Shown: positions 9,708-18,695, numbered from the stretch's first letter. The stretch: DNA of 64,000 nucleotides from Planctomycetota bacterium (GCA_947501605.1 CANMWZ010000019.1:1-64000), one strand, 5' to 3'. Numbers and translations: made by a program. Notes: generated by a model from the letters alone, not told the origin.

Positions 9708-10444
9708 TCGTCGGGGATCTCGCTGCCGGTGTCGATCGAAGTGAACGAAGCTACGCGGAGACTCGAATCGAGCCGGTACCAGCGCGGCGCCGCGCTCGCG
9801 AGCTTCCATGGCGGCAATTCAGGAAGCTCGAAGAGCTCGACCGGTCGCGCCAACGCGCGCAGCGCCATGCCGTGACCGACCACGAGCACGCGAGCACCAT
9901 TCGTCAACAGCGGCCGGAGGTGTTGTTGCCACGCTACCAGCACGCGCGCCGAGAGGTCACCCATCGATTCGCTCAGTGGCAGCGGATCTGGAACTTCTTG
10001 ATACCGAGGATCCGCCCGCGGGTCGTCGAGGCTGCCGACGGTGGCCGGCGGCGGCGCCACGGTCCACGAGCGGCGGTAGGTGCGCGCCAGCTCCTCGCCC
10101 CATCGTGCCTGGCATTGCTGCTTGTCGAGGCCGTGCATCGCGCCGCAATGACGCTCATTGAGCCGCCATAGGCGAACCCGCGGCAGGGCCTCTTGGCCGC
10201 AAGCCGCCAGCAGTAGATCGCAGGTGTCGATCGCGCGACGGAGTGCCGACGTGAACACGTGGCTGAACCGAAGCCCGCGCGCGCGCAGGTTCCGCCCTGC
10301 GGCCGTAGCCTGAGCGCGACCGCGCTCGGTCAGCGCAAGGTCGCGCCACCCCGAAAACACGCCGCGTTCGTTGCCGGTGCTCTCGCCATGGCGCACGAGC
10401 ACGAGCTCAGCATGCGCGGGAGGCGTCGGATCGAGCGGATTCAC
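9704..10444 (-). CDS. gpmA: 2,3-bisphosphoglycerate-dependent phosphoglycerate mutase (divergent)
   Basis: LVLVRHGES..N..FSGW.D..LT, TSAL.RAI.T, WRLNERH, RRSW, VGHG..LRAL. GTG start at 10444 with GGAG upstream. Confidence 0.85.
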   Translation of the reverse strand: MNPLDPTPPAHAELVLVRHGESTGNERGVFSGWRDLALTERGRAQATAAGRNLRARGLRFSHVFTSALRRAIDTCDLLLAACGQEALPRVRLWRLNERHCGAMHGLDKQQCQARWGEELARTYRRSWTVAPPPATVGSLDDPRADPRYQEVPDPLPLSESMGDLSARVLVAWQQHLRPLLTNGARVLVVGHGMALRALARPVELFELPELPPWKLASAAPRWYRLDSSLRVASFTSIDTGSEIPDE

Positions 10445-10622
10445 ACCACCCTGTTTCTCCCCGTTCGCACGTACCGTCAACCGTGCAGGGATCTTCTCGT
10501 GCGCTGGCTTCGTCAGATCCGCGAGCATCCCGCGCTCCATGCATGAGGGTGGCAGCAGGGAACGGCTCGCCGTCTGGCCCGCACATCTCTCGAGACTCGA
10601 AACCAAAGCGCCAGGCGGCGGA

Positions 10623-10638
10623 CCCTCTCACAGCACCA
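10623..10638 (+). other. Isolated tRNA 3'-end-like fragment (possible att-site remnant)
   Basis: CCCTC-TCACAGC-A-CCA fits T-stem 3' strand (5) + acceptor 3' strand (7) + discriminator + CCA. No matching 5' half upstream. Confidence 0.5.
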
Positions 10639-10641
10639 TCC

Positions 10642-10687
10642 CCGCGTCGCAACCGCGCCCCCCGTGCGGTTGCGGCTGCGGTTTTTT
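10642..10687 (+). terminator. Rho-independent terminator
   Basis: About 17-bp GC-rich stem ccgcgtcgcaaccgcgc/gtgcggttgcggc(t)gcgg with a C5 loop, followed by TTTTTT. Confidence 0.85.
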
Positions 10688-10735
10688 CGTTCGTTGGCCC
10701 GCGCCCGCGCGATCGAGTAACAACGCCGCCAGCGC

Positions 10736-11647
10736 ATGACCCCTGATCCTCGCGATGGCACGTTTCGCACCGGCGCCACAGGCGGTGCAAAGAGGCTGGA
10801 CCGCGCCCTGAAAGACGCGCGGCCGACTTGCAGCTGGCGCGAGGTCCGCGACCTGATCGAACGCGGCAAGGTCGAGGTCGATGGCCAGCGCACGACCGAT
10901 GCAGGTCGCGTCCTTTCCCCCGGCACCGAAATCACCATTGCTGTGGCCACCGCACGCTTGGCGAAGGAGCCGGCCGTGCCGCCCTTCGATCGGGCGCGGG
11001 TACTGCACCTCGATGCGCACATCGTCGTCGTGGACAAGCCGCCGGGCTTGTCCACCGTGCCGTGGCAAGACGAAGTCGACGCTCTGGACCGTCGCGTCCA
11101 GGCGATGCTGGCCCAACCGATTCACGTCGTGCAGCGCCTCGATCGCGACACCAGCGGCGCGATGGTGTTCGCGCGCTCGTCGAGTGCCTTCACCCACCTC
11201 GAGCACCAACTCCGTCGCCACACGGTGCATCGCCGCTATCTCGCAATTGCGCACGGCAACGTCCGCGCCGCCACCATGCGCACGTTTCTGGCCGACGACC
11301 GCGGCGACGGGCTGCGCGGCTCGGTGCCGAACTCGCGCATCGGCAAGGAGTCGATCACCCACATCGAACCGGTCGAAGTGCTGGCCGCCGCGACGCTGGT
11401 GCGCTGCCGGCTCGAAACTGGGCGCACTCACCAGATCCGCATTCACCTGGCGGAGGCGGGCCACATGCTGCTTGGCGAACGCGGCTACGTCCGCGACCAC
11501 CGCGGTCCCGTTCTGCTCGCGCCGCGAATCATGCTCCACGCTACCGAACTCGGCTTCGAACACCCCGCCACCGGCGCCCCGGTCCGGTTCGAAGTGCCAA
11601 TGCCCGAGGACATGACTGCCGTGCTCGAGCGCTTGCGCAAGCCATAG
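10736..11647 (+). CDS. RluA/RluD family pseudouridine synthase with S4 domain
   Basis: S4-like RLDRAL...LIERGKVEVDG, VVDKPPGL, QRLDRDTSG (catalytic Asp), LETGRTHQIRIHL, MLHA. Confidence 0.93.
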   Translation: MTPDPRDGTFRTGATGGAKRLDRALKDARPTCSWREVRDLIERGKVEVDGQRTTDAGRVLSPGTEITIAVATARLAKEPAVPPFDRARVLHLDAHIVVVDKPPGLSTVPWQDEVDALDRRVQAMLAQPIHVVQRLDRDTSGAMVFARSSSAFTHLEHQLRRHTVHRRYLAIAHGNVRAATMRTFLADDRGDGLRGSVPNSRIGKESITHIEPVEVLAAATLVRCRLETGRTHQIRIHLAEAGHMLLGERGYVRDHRGPVLLAPRIMLHATELGFEHPATGAPVRFEVPMPEDMTAVLERLRKP

Positions 11648-11710
11648 ACCTTCGGCGCTCGTTGGCCGCACTTGCATCCGATCGCGCTACCGGGTCGAAC
11701 TGCGGGCGCC

Positions 11711-12358
11711 ATGATCGGAACGCCCCGCACCCTCACGCTCGCAGCCCTGTCGTCGCTTGCCCTGTTCGCGCTTGCTGCATGCGACAGTCCCCCAAAGCCG
11801 AATCCTGCTGCGCCATCCGCGCCGAGTGGAGCGGCAGCGGGAGCCTCTGCTGCCGTCGCCCCTACCCCCACCGCCGAGACCGCCATGAACGTCTATTCGC
11901 TGAAGCTCCCATCGCTCGACAGCCAGCCCGCCGACCTGTCGCAGTACCAAGGCAAGGTAACGCTGGTCGTCAACGTCGCCAGCCAGTGCGGCTACACGCC
12001 GCAATACAAGGGACTGCAACAGCTGCACGCCGAACTGAAGGCCCAGGGTTTCGCCGTGCTCGGCTTCCCGTGCAACGATTTCGGCGCGCAGGAGCCCGGC
12101 TCGGCCGCCGAGATCCGCGACTTCTGCACGACCAAATACGCGGTGGACTTCCCGCTCTTTGCCAAGCTGCAGACCAAGGCTGGCAACGGCCAGAGCGAGC
12201 TCTACACCATGCTGCAGCAGGCCACTGGCAAGCTGCCGAACTGGAACTTCTGCAAGTACCTGGTCGGCAAGGATGGCAAGGTGCTCCAGTTCTTCGGCGC
12301 CGGCGTCGCCCCGGACAGCAACGAACTGCGTGGCGCGATCGCCGCAGCGATGAAGTGA
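11711..12358 (+). CDS. Glutathione peroxidase family protein (Cys-type), predicted lipoprotein
   Basis: NVASQCGYTPQY, LGFPCNDFGAQEPG, WNFCKYLV. Lipobox LAAC and a Pro/Ala linker. Confidence 0.93.
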   Translation: MIGTPRTLTLAALSSLALFALAACDSPPKPNPAAPSAPSGAAAGASAAVAPTPTAETAMNVYSLKLPSLDSQPADLSQYQGKVTLVVNVASQCGYTPQYKGLQQLHAELKAQGFAVLGFPCNDFGAQEPGSAAEIRDFCTTKYAVDFPLFAKLQTKAGNGQSELYTMLQQATGKLPNWNFCKYLVGKDGKVLQFFGAGVAPDSNELRGAIAAAMK

Positions 12359-12374
12359 CGCTGCGTCGCGCTGC

Positions 12375-12752
12375 TCATTTCGGTTGCTGATAGAGCGCGC
12401 AGACTGCGCCCGATGGATCGGAGATCACCACGAAGCCGCTGCTGCGCCGATCGGCAAGCTCGCGGCCGCCGCGAGCACAGCATTCGCGCACGCTGCCTTC
12501 GAGATCGCTAACCACGAAGTAGGGCACCCACCCGCTCGGCTGCGACACATTGGGCCCGCGCTGGTGGCATACACCGGCGCGCGCCGCTCCGGTTGCCGGA
12601 GACTGCATGACGTAGTCGTCGTAGCCCGCCATCGACACGGCCGCGACCTTCCAGCCGACAACGGCCGCGTAGAAGTCGCGCAACTCCGGCGCACGATCGC
12701 TGGTCAGGTCGAGCCAACCAATCGCGCCAACTGAGTAGTCCGGTTCCGACAT
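12375..12752 (-). CDS. VOC/glyoxalase family protein
   Basis: IGWLDL...DFYAAVVGW, WVPYFVVSDL, DPSGAVCAL. Confidence 0.88.
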   Translation of the reverse strand: MSEPDYSVGAIGWLDLTSDRAPELRDFYAAVVGWKVAAVSMAGYDDYVMQSPATGAARAGVCHQRGPNVSQPSGWVPYFVVSDLEGSVRECCARGGRELADRRSSGFVVISDPSGAVCALYQQPK

Positions 12753-12777
12753 CGCAAGCATCGTCCTCGGCGCGACC

Positions 12778-13533
12778 TCATGGGCACGCCATGTAGTAGT
12801 AGTCGAGCCCCTGGTCGAAGTGCTGAGCGAAGGTCTCGCGATCAAGGGCCGCGGCATCGCCGCGTTGGAGCCAATCCGCCATCACGAACACGCGCAAGCC
12901 ACATTCGCTGCTCAAGAGGTCGTACACCTGTTCGGGCCGCGCGCCGTAGAAGTCGGCGGCGCCCGGACCGTGTTCGAACACGATCGTCGGGCGCGTGCGT
13001 CGCAACGTCATCACTGCGCCGCGCAACACCAACAGCTCCGCGCCCTCGACATCGATTTTGACGAAGTCGATGGCCTGGTCGCGCGGGACCACGTCGTCGA
13101 GTCGCTCCGTGCGCACGACGATCTCCGCCAGGGTCTCGTCAGGACGGTCGTAGCGCCGTTGCCGCAGGCCGCTGTACCCCGGGTTGGTAACCACATGCTG
13201 GAACGTTGCGCTGCCCGTCACGTCGGAGAGTGCCACTTCATGCAGGCGGACGTTGGTCTTGGTCCCGAACGAGGCTCGCAGTCCTTGGGCGAATTCTGGC
13301 AGCGGCTCGAACGCGTAGTGAATGCCGCGCGGAGACCGCCGGAGCATCTCCCGCAGCACACTGCCCTCGTGGCAACCGACGTCGATCGTGTTGGACTGAC
13401 GACGCAGCACGCGCTGCATGACCAGCAAGGTCTGCTCGTCGTAGCGACGATTGCGATCGTCGATGGTGTCCACGCGCAAAAGGCCGAGGGCCTTGCGCAC
13501 GCGACGCACGAGCGACGAGATCGATTTCCACAT
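12778..13533 (-). CDS. FkbM family methyltransferase
   Basis: IDVGCHEG, AFEP, VALSD, LDD, FVKIDVEGAELLVLRGA, IVFE. Confidence 0.92.
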   Translation of the reverse strand: MWKSISSLVRRVRKALGLLRVDTIDDRNRRYDEQTLLVMQRVLRRQSNTIDVGCHEGSVLREMLRRSPRGIHYAFEPLPEFAQGLRASFGTKTNVRLHEVALSDVTGSATFQHVVTNPGYSGLRQRRYDRPDETLAEIVVRTERLDDVVPRDQAIDFVKIDVEGAELLVLRGAVMTLRRTRPTIVFEHGPGAADFYGARPEQVYDLLSSECGLRVFVMADWLQRGDAAALDRETFAQHFDQGLDYYYMACP

Positions 13534-13657
13534 GGGCACACAGTCTCGAAAGGCCTGGCGAAGCGCGAGGGTTTTCGTCGTGCGCGTGCCGTCAGCAGCC
13601 TGCGCCGTTGGTCAACGAGCCACCGTCACTTCCTGGATTCGCACGCCGCAATGTCCT

Positions 13658-14002
13658 TCATCGGGAGAGCGCCGCCAACAACCAGCCGCCAACCAGATAC
13701 GACCCGGCATTGGCGACGATCGCGGTCAGGAGCACGCGCGGCGGCGGGCAACGAGCGCGCAGGATCAACGCCAGCAGCAGCCCTTCGGCGAGCGCGATTG
13801 CGACTTCGGCAATCCTCACTTCGTCGTCATGGGGCGCACGCGAGAGCACCCACCAGGAGAACAGCGGGTGCGTCGCGACATTGACTGCGAGGGTCCAAGC
13901 CAGCGGTTCCCACCAGCAGCGCGCGGCGCGGCCTACACCTGCTGCGTAGACCGGGTACTCGAGTATCAACGTCCAGACGAACGCCACGAGCCACGACATC
14001 AT
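13658..14002 (-). CDS. Small four-TM membrane protein of unknown function
   Basis: Four hydrophobic segments with polar residues inside (TLILEYP, VNVATHP, AEVAIALAE, ANAGSY). Start overlaps the upstream stop (ATGA). Confidence 0.75.
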   Translation of the reverse strand: MMSWLVAFVWTLILEYPVYAAGVGRAARCWWEPLAWTLAVNVATHPLFSWWVLSRAPHDDEVRIAEVAIALAEGLLLALILRARCPPPRVLLTAIVANAGSYLVGGWLLAALSR

Positions 14003-14886
14003 GAGACGCCGCCTCGTCGCCGCGCGAACACGAACGCCAGCGCCGCCAATTCGAACCAACCGTGACAAACCACCAACGACAAGTAGCCGGCGCGAGTCGC
14101 AACCGGGTCGAGCAGCGCGATGGCCGGCAAGAAAGCGCAGAGCAACAGGCAACCGACCAAGCCGCGGTCACCGATCTCGCGACGGAGCGTGGTTCCGCGA
14201 GCCCGTGGTAGCGCCCACGTCCACAGTCCGTAGTGCACCGCCTGCGCAAACGCGAACGATCGCACCAGTCGATCCGCCCAGGCCCCATCCAGGCCCGGCG
14301 CCAGGTCGTCGGTCATCGTCGACCAGCCAAACGCGCCCACCGCATCGCCCGCAGTGCCGTTTCCGGGCACGGCCAACACGACGCCCCAGGCCACCGCGTA
14401 GCACACGATCGTCGCCACGACACCGCGATGTCGGCGCGCGATGCCGGCGAACATCGCGAACGCGACCAAGTTGTGGGCATGCGCGAGCAGCAAGGTCGTG
14501 GCCCGCGGGAACGCGATCGTGACCGCGGCGACGACCATGGCCGGGACGACCAACCGGCGGCGTCCGGCGAGTGAGTTGGTCCCCAGCGCAGCCGCAACCG
14601 TGACCGCGAGCACGCCGCATGCGACCTCGAGCGCAGCGGGCGTGCGCGCTCCCGCGAGCGACAGCGCCCGCAGCAGCGTCATCCCTGCGAGCGGGGCCGC
14701 AACCACTGCCACCTGCCGGGCAGAAATCGCAAACGGGCGCTGCAGCCAGAGCACCCGAACGTCGCCGAGGACGTGAGGGACACCGAGCACGAGCGGTAGC
14801 ACCAGCAAGAGCCAGAGCGGCGACAACATGGCGCCAGCGAGCGCCACGACCACGAGCGCCGGGACGAAGCTGCCGCTCGCATTCAC
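13999..14886 (-). CDS. Polytopic membrane protein with four His motifs
   Basis: Roughly 9-10 TM helices; LGVPHVLGD, AHAHNL, AQAVHY, HGWFE. GTG start is uncertain. Confidence 0.75.
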   Translation of the reverse strand: MNASGSFVPALVVVALAGAMLSPLWLLLVLPLVLGVPHVLGDVRVLWLQRPFAISARQVAVVAAPLAGMTLLRALSLAGARTPAALEVACGVLAVTVAAALGTNSLAGRRRLVVPAMVVAAVTIAFPRATTLLLAHAHNLVAFAMFAGIARRHRGVVATIVCYAVAWGVVLAVPGNGTAGDAVGAFGWSTMTDDLAPGLDGAWADRLVRSFAFAQAVHYGLWTWALPRARGTTLRREIGDRGLVGCLLLCAFLPAIALLDPVATRAGYLSLVVCHGWFELAALAFVFARRRGGVS

Positions 14887-14908
14887 CACGGCTTTGCCGG
14901 CCGCGAAC

Positions 14909-15109
14909 TCAGTTGCCGCGGGCGCCGCCACTGCCAGTGCCAGTGCGACCGCGACGCCACCAGACCAAGGCGACGAGCAAGACGCCGACGACCAGTCCGA
15001 TCGTCAGCATCATCGAGTCGTCGGCAATAGGCGCGAGATCCGCCCCTCGGGGAGGGACGTCCGTGACCGCAGAAGAACCGAAAAGGAATGGCGCGACGCA
15101 GTGGATCAT
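14909..15109 (-). CDS. Small (66 aa) protein with a C-terminal TM helix and basic cluster
   Basis: MIHCVAPFLFGSSAVTDVPP...MMLTIGLVVGVLLVALVWWRRGR. Fills the gap 22 bp upstream of the membrane gene. Confidence 0.6.
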   Translation of the reverse strand: MIHCVAPFLFGSSAVTDVPPRGADLAPIADDSMMLTIGLVVGVLLVALVWWRRGRTGTGSGGARGN

Positions 15110-15200
15110 GGAGGCCTGGAGGAAACGGGACAGGTGGGATGGACCGCCATCCGATCCGCAGGCTGGCGAGCCGTACGGACAGACATCATGATGCCATGCG

Positions 15201-15986
15201 ATGACGCCCGATCCGCGCACCGAGTACCACTTCTCCGATTACGCTCGCGCACTGCGCACTCATTACAAGGAGTTCGCGACCGACTCGGAGAGCATCCGCT
15301 ACATCGAGAACGTCGCGGCATCGTGCGAAGCCCTGCAACCACGCGCCGACCGTTTTCAGCAACTCCAGCAGCGGAACTTCGGCAGCGCCATCAACGCTTG
15401 GCACGCCTGTCGGGGCACCGTGCCGACCGGCGTGGCGTCGGGCTACAAGGGCCTACTGCGCATCAAGACGCCGTTCGACCTCGTGCTCTACCAGAACCTG
15501 ATCTGGGAACTGCGGCCAAAGACCATCCTCGAGTTCGGCAGTCTCCAAGGCGGCAGCGGCCTGTGGCTTGCCGACCTGATGGACACCTATGCGATCGACG
15601 GCGGCGAGGTGCACTCGTTCGATCTGTTCGGCAAGTGCATCAATCCGCGCGCGAAGCACGAACGGCTCCGATTCCACAGCTGCAATCTCTACGAGTTGAA
15701 CACGCTCGATGAGGCTCTGCTCGCGCGCCTGCCGCACCCGTGGCTCGTGATCGACGATGCGCACGTCAACGTGTTGGAACTGACCCTGCACGTCGATCGC
15801 TACGTCGAAGTCGGCGACTACTACATCCTCGAAGACATCGGCCTCTCGCCGACCATCGAGTTCGTGAATGGCCTGCAGAAGATCTGCGCGCGCGGCTACG
15901 CCATCGACTCCGACTACGCCGACGCGTTCGGCTACAACGTCACGACGGCGCCAAATGGTTGGCTGCGCAAGATGACCACGGCCTGA
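15201..15986 (+). CDS. CmcI (cephalosporin hydroxylase-like) family methyltransferase
   Basis: YKG...KTPFDL.LYQ.LIWELRPKTILEFGS..GGS.LW.AD, LVIDDAH, GDYYILED, PNGWL. Confidence 0.88.
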   Translation: MTPDPRTEYHFSDYARALRTHYKEFATDSESIRYIENVAASCEALQPRADRFQQLQQRNFGSAINAWHACRGTVPTGVASGYKGLLRIKTPFDLVLYQNLIWELRPKTILEFGSLQGGSGLWLADLMDTYAIDGGEVHSFDLFGKCINPRAKHERLRFHSCNLYELNTLDEALLARLPHPWLVIDDAHVNVLELTLHVDRYVEVGDYYILEDIGLSPTIEFVNGLQKICARGYAIDSDYADAFGYNVTTAPNGWLRKMTTA

Positions 15987-16069
15987 GGATCGAAACCCCG
16001 CGCGCGCAACGGGCCCGAAGTCTGGCCCAGCTGACAGACGCCGATCTCGGCTGGCACACGACGCTGTGA

Positions 16070-16510
16070 CGACACGTGCGCGTCACCGGTGAGAACACTT
16101 GCATGACCGCGATCGCTCCGCGGATGCCGATCTGGCCGCCGGCAATGAGCACGTCGCCGTTCTGCAGGGCCACTCCGAAGAGTCCTTGTTCTGCGACCCG
16201 GTCGAGCGCCCGCCGACTACCAGCACCGCGCCCGTTTGCAGCAGCGCCGCACCGTGATCGCTGCGGGCGTTGACGCTCGCCGTCAACTCGGTCACCCGTT
16301 CGCGGTAGGTGAATGGGAGGTCGAGAACGTCCGTCAGCGTACTCGCGCCATTGGTCACCGTCAGGCTGCAATACCGGCGGCGTCGCCCGCAGATCGATCA
16401 GCGCGACCGACGAGCTGAGTGCGGCATCGCGACCGCATGCCGCGAGCAGAGTGGAACACAGCAGGGCAAAGCGAACGGTGCGCGACAGGAAGGGCGCCTT
16501 GGTTACTGCA
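16070..16510 (-). pseudogene. Frameshifted remnant of a kelch-repeat lipoprotein
   Basis: Lipobox-like LLAAC and kelch blades ARSDHGAALLQTGAVLVVGG and VALQNGDVLIAGG lie in alternating frames. Boundaries approximate. Confidence 0.6.
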
Positions 16511-16839
16511 CCTCGGCGACAGCACAAGCGCGTGGCGGGGCAGCCGTCGGGCTTGCTGTTGCACCGCAACCTCGCGGCGACCGCGCCTGGTCCGTTCTGC
16601 GCCTTTGATGCTTTTGGCCGACGCGCACCAGCGCATCGCCGACGCGCCGGACCGCCATTCGGCGCACGACCGGTGGCATGGAGAGTTGGGGACCCGTGCC
16701 CACGCGCAGCGCAGAAGGTGCAGGCCGTCTCGTGCTCGGGAACGGCCAGCGCCGCTGACGGCAACGATCTCTGGCCTGCCGGGCCTCGCGAATCGGCATA
16801 AGCTCTAACAGCACAGGCGACACCGCCTCCTCTCCTCCC

Positions 16840-16891
16840 GGCTCGGTTCACGGCTCGGTTCCTGGCACGGTTCCGGGCACGGTCGCGGCAC
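16840..16891 (+). repeat. About four degenerate 12-bp tandem repeats directly upstream of a start codon
   Basis: ggctcggttcac ggctcggttcct ggcacggttccg ggcacggtcgc ggcac. Confidence 0.8.
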
Positions 16892-16894
16892 TTC

Positions 16895-17485
16895 ATGAAG
16901 CACTCGCTCTCGTATCTGCGCACTGGGCGCACCATCACCAGCGTTGCACTCGTGCTCGCGATCGCGATCGGATCCATGGCCCTTTTGTCCTCCGACCCGA
17001 GCGCGGTCGACACCCCTGCACTCACGCCAGCGAGGGAGTCCGGGGCACCGATTGCGAACGAGCCTCACGAGTCACCGGCACCCAAGGAGCAGGAGACGCA
17101 ACCTCGCCAACGGAGCATCGGTCCGTCGCTGCGCGTCGGCGACTCGGCGTTCGACTTCGGCGTCGTCCCAGTCGGGTGCGAACTCAAGCGGACCTTCGTG
17201 CTGCACAACGACGGCGATCTACCACTGGAGATCCAGAAGGCCAAGCCAAGCTGCGGTTGCGCCGCCCTCAACTTCGATCGCGTGATCCCCGCGGGTGGTC
17301 AGGGCCTGTTCGAAGTGAAGATCAGCGCCAAGTCCGTTCGCCCCGGCAAGCTCCAGCAACACATCGAGGTGGAGAGCAGCCAGCCGAGCTTCTGGCTCAT
17401 CACGATCAGTGCGACTGTGGACCCCAACATGCAGCCCCCGTCGCCGACTGTGCACGTGGACGACGTCGGTCTGCTGGGACGCTGA
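16895..17485 (+). CDS. DUF1573 domain (Ig-like) exported protein
   Basis: N-terminal TM, FDFGVV...F.LHNDGDLPLEI...PSCGC...IPAGG. Confidence 0.85.
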   Translation: MKHSLSYLRTGRTITSVALVLAIAIGSMALLSSDPSAVDTPALTPARESGAPIANEPHESPAPKEQETQPRQRSIGPSLRVGDSAFDFGVVPVGCELKRTFVLHNDGDLPLEIQKAKPSCGCAALNFDRVIPAGGQGLFEVKISAKSVRPGKLQQHIEVESSQPSFWLITISATVDPNMQPPSPTVHVDDVGLLGR

Positions 17486-17498
17486 TCGAGCGCCGCGA

Positions 17499-18695
17499 TC
17501 AGCCGTTCAGCAGCCAGCCTGCAAGGCCACCGAAGGCAACGATCGCCGGCACCGCAAAGCGCGATTGCCAACCCCAATTGAGCAGCAGCGCCACGACGAA
17601 GACGCCAATTGCGAATGGGGACACGAGCTGCACCGAGCACATGCGCAGAGCCACCGCGGCGATGATGCCGGCGACTGCCGCCGCGACGCCGTCGAAGGCC
17701 GCGTGCAACCGCCGGACCGCCATCAAGCGCTCGATCAGCTCGTGGCCCACGAGCGTGAACGAAAACGCCGGCGCGAAGATGCCGATCGTCATCGCCAACG
17801 CACCTGGAAGTCCCGCAGCGACATAGCCAGTGAACGTACCAAAGATCACGAGCGGCGCCGGGATCACGCCGCCGATGGCGAGGCCATCGAGAAACTGCGC
17901 CTCGGTGAGCCAACCATTCTGGATCACCGCGTCGTTGCGCACGAACGGGATCGCGGTGTAGGCCCCACCAAAGGTCAGCAACCCAGCACCGAGCCCCGAC
18001 ACCAACAACGACACGAAGTCCGCGGCAACCGCCGTCTTGGCAACTGCGATTTCGACGGCGACCGTCGATCCCGGCCACCACCACCACGTCGCGGCGGAGG
18101 CCGCCGCGAGCACCACTCCGCGCAGGCCAAGTCCGCGCCCGGCCGCCGCCAGCCACAGCGCCCCGAACAACAGCGGCAGCGCAAACGGCAGCTGGACCCA
18201 TTCGCCAATCGCCCCGGCGGCGGCCGCCAGCAGGGCCCCTCGTGCCCTCAGCGCGCGAGCGCCGATGCGCGGCACGGCGCGCACCACCAGCGCCAACACC
18301 GCCGGCTGCATGCCCGAGAATGCGGCTGCGACCATGACAGCACGCATGCCGAACTCGACATACAGCCACGAACAGAACAGCATCAGCACGAAACCTGGCA
18401 GCACAAAGCCAAGCCCCGCGGCCAGTGCGCCAAGACGCCCGCGCGCAAGGTGCCCGAACCAGCAGCACAGCTCTGTGGCCTCAGGCCCTGGCAACACTTG
18501 ATAGACCGCCAGCGCCCGCAAGAACCGTTCGGGCGTCGTCCACCGCTCGCGATCGACCAGTTCGTGCCGGAGCATGCCGATTTGCACTGCCGGCCCACCA
18601 AACGCAAGACAGCCGTGGCGGACGAACCGTAGGAAGAGCGAGGCCAAGGCTGGCCGCGGATACGCGAACACTGCGGTCTCGTCGGCGGCCGTCAC
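17499..18695 (-). CDS. chrA: Chromate efflux transporter (long-chain CHR)
   Basis: AFGGPAVQI, YQVLPGPEATE, GFVLPG, LLTFGGAY, IPAP. GTG start overlaps the upstream stop. Confidence 0.92.
   Translation of the reverse strand: MTAADETAVFAYPRPALASLFLRFVRHGCLAFGGPAVQIGMLRHELVDRERWTTPERFLRALAVYQVLPGPEATELCCWFGHLARGRLGALAAGLGFVLPGFVLMLFCSWLYVEFGMRAVMVAAAFSGMQPAVLALVVRAVPRIGARALRARGALLAAAAGAIGEWVQLPFALPLLFGALWLAAAGRGLGLRGVVLAAASAATWWWWPGSTVAVEIAVAKTAVAADFVSLLVSGLGAGLLTFGGAYTAIPFVRNDAVIQNGWLTEAQFLDGLAIGGVIPAPLVIFGTFTGYVAAGLPGALAMTIGIFAPAFSFTLVGHELIERLMAVRRLHAAFDGVAAAVAGIIAAVALRMCSVQLVSPFAIGVFVVALLLNWGWQSRFAVPAIVAFGGLAGWLLNG

Noticed and set aside
10540..10638. Complete tRNA or tmRNA gene
   Set aside because: No 5' acceptor strand complementary to TCACAGC and no TTCG T-loop at the right spacing.
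16863..16890. Sigma-54 promoter within the 12-bp repeats
   Set aside because: TGGCAC lacks the correctly spaced TTGC, and the only GG-N10-GC match is too close to the start codon.
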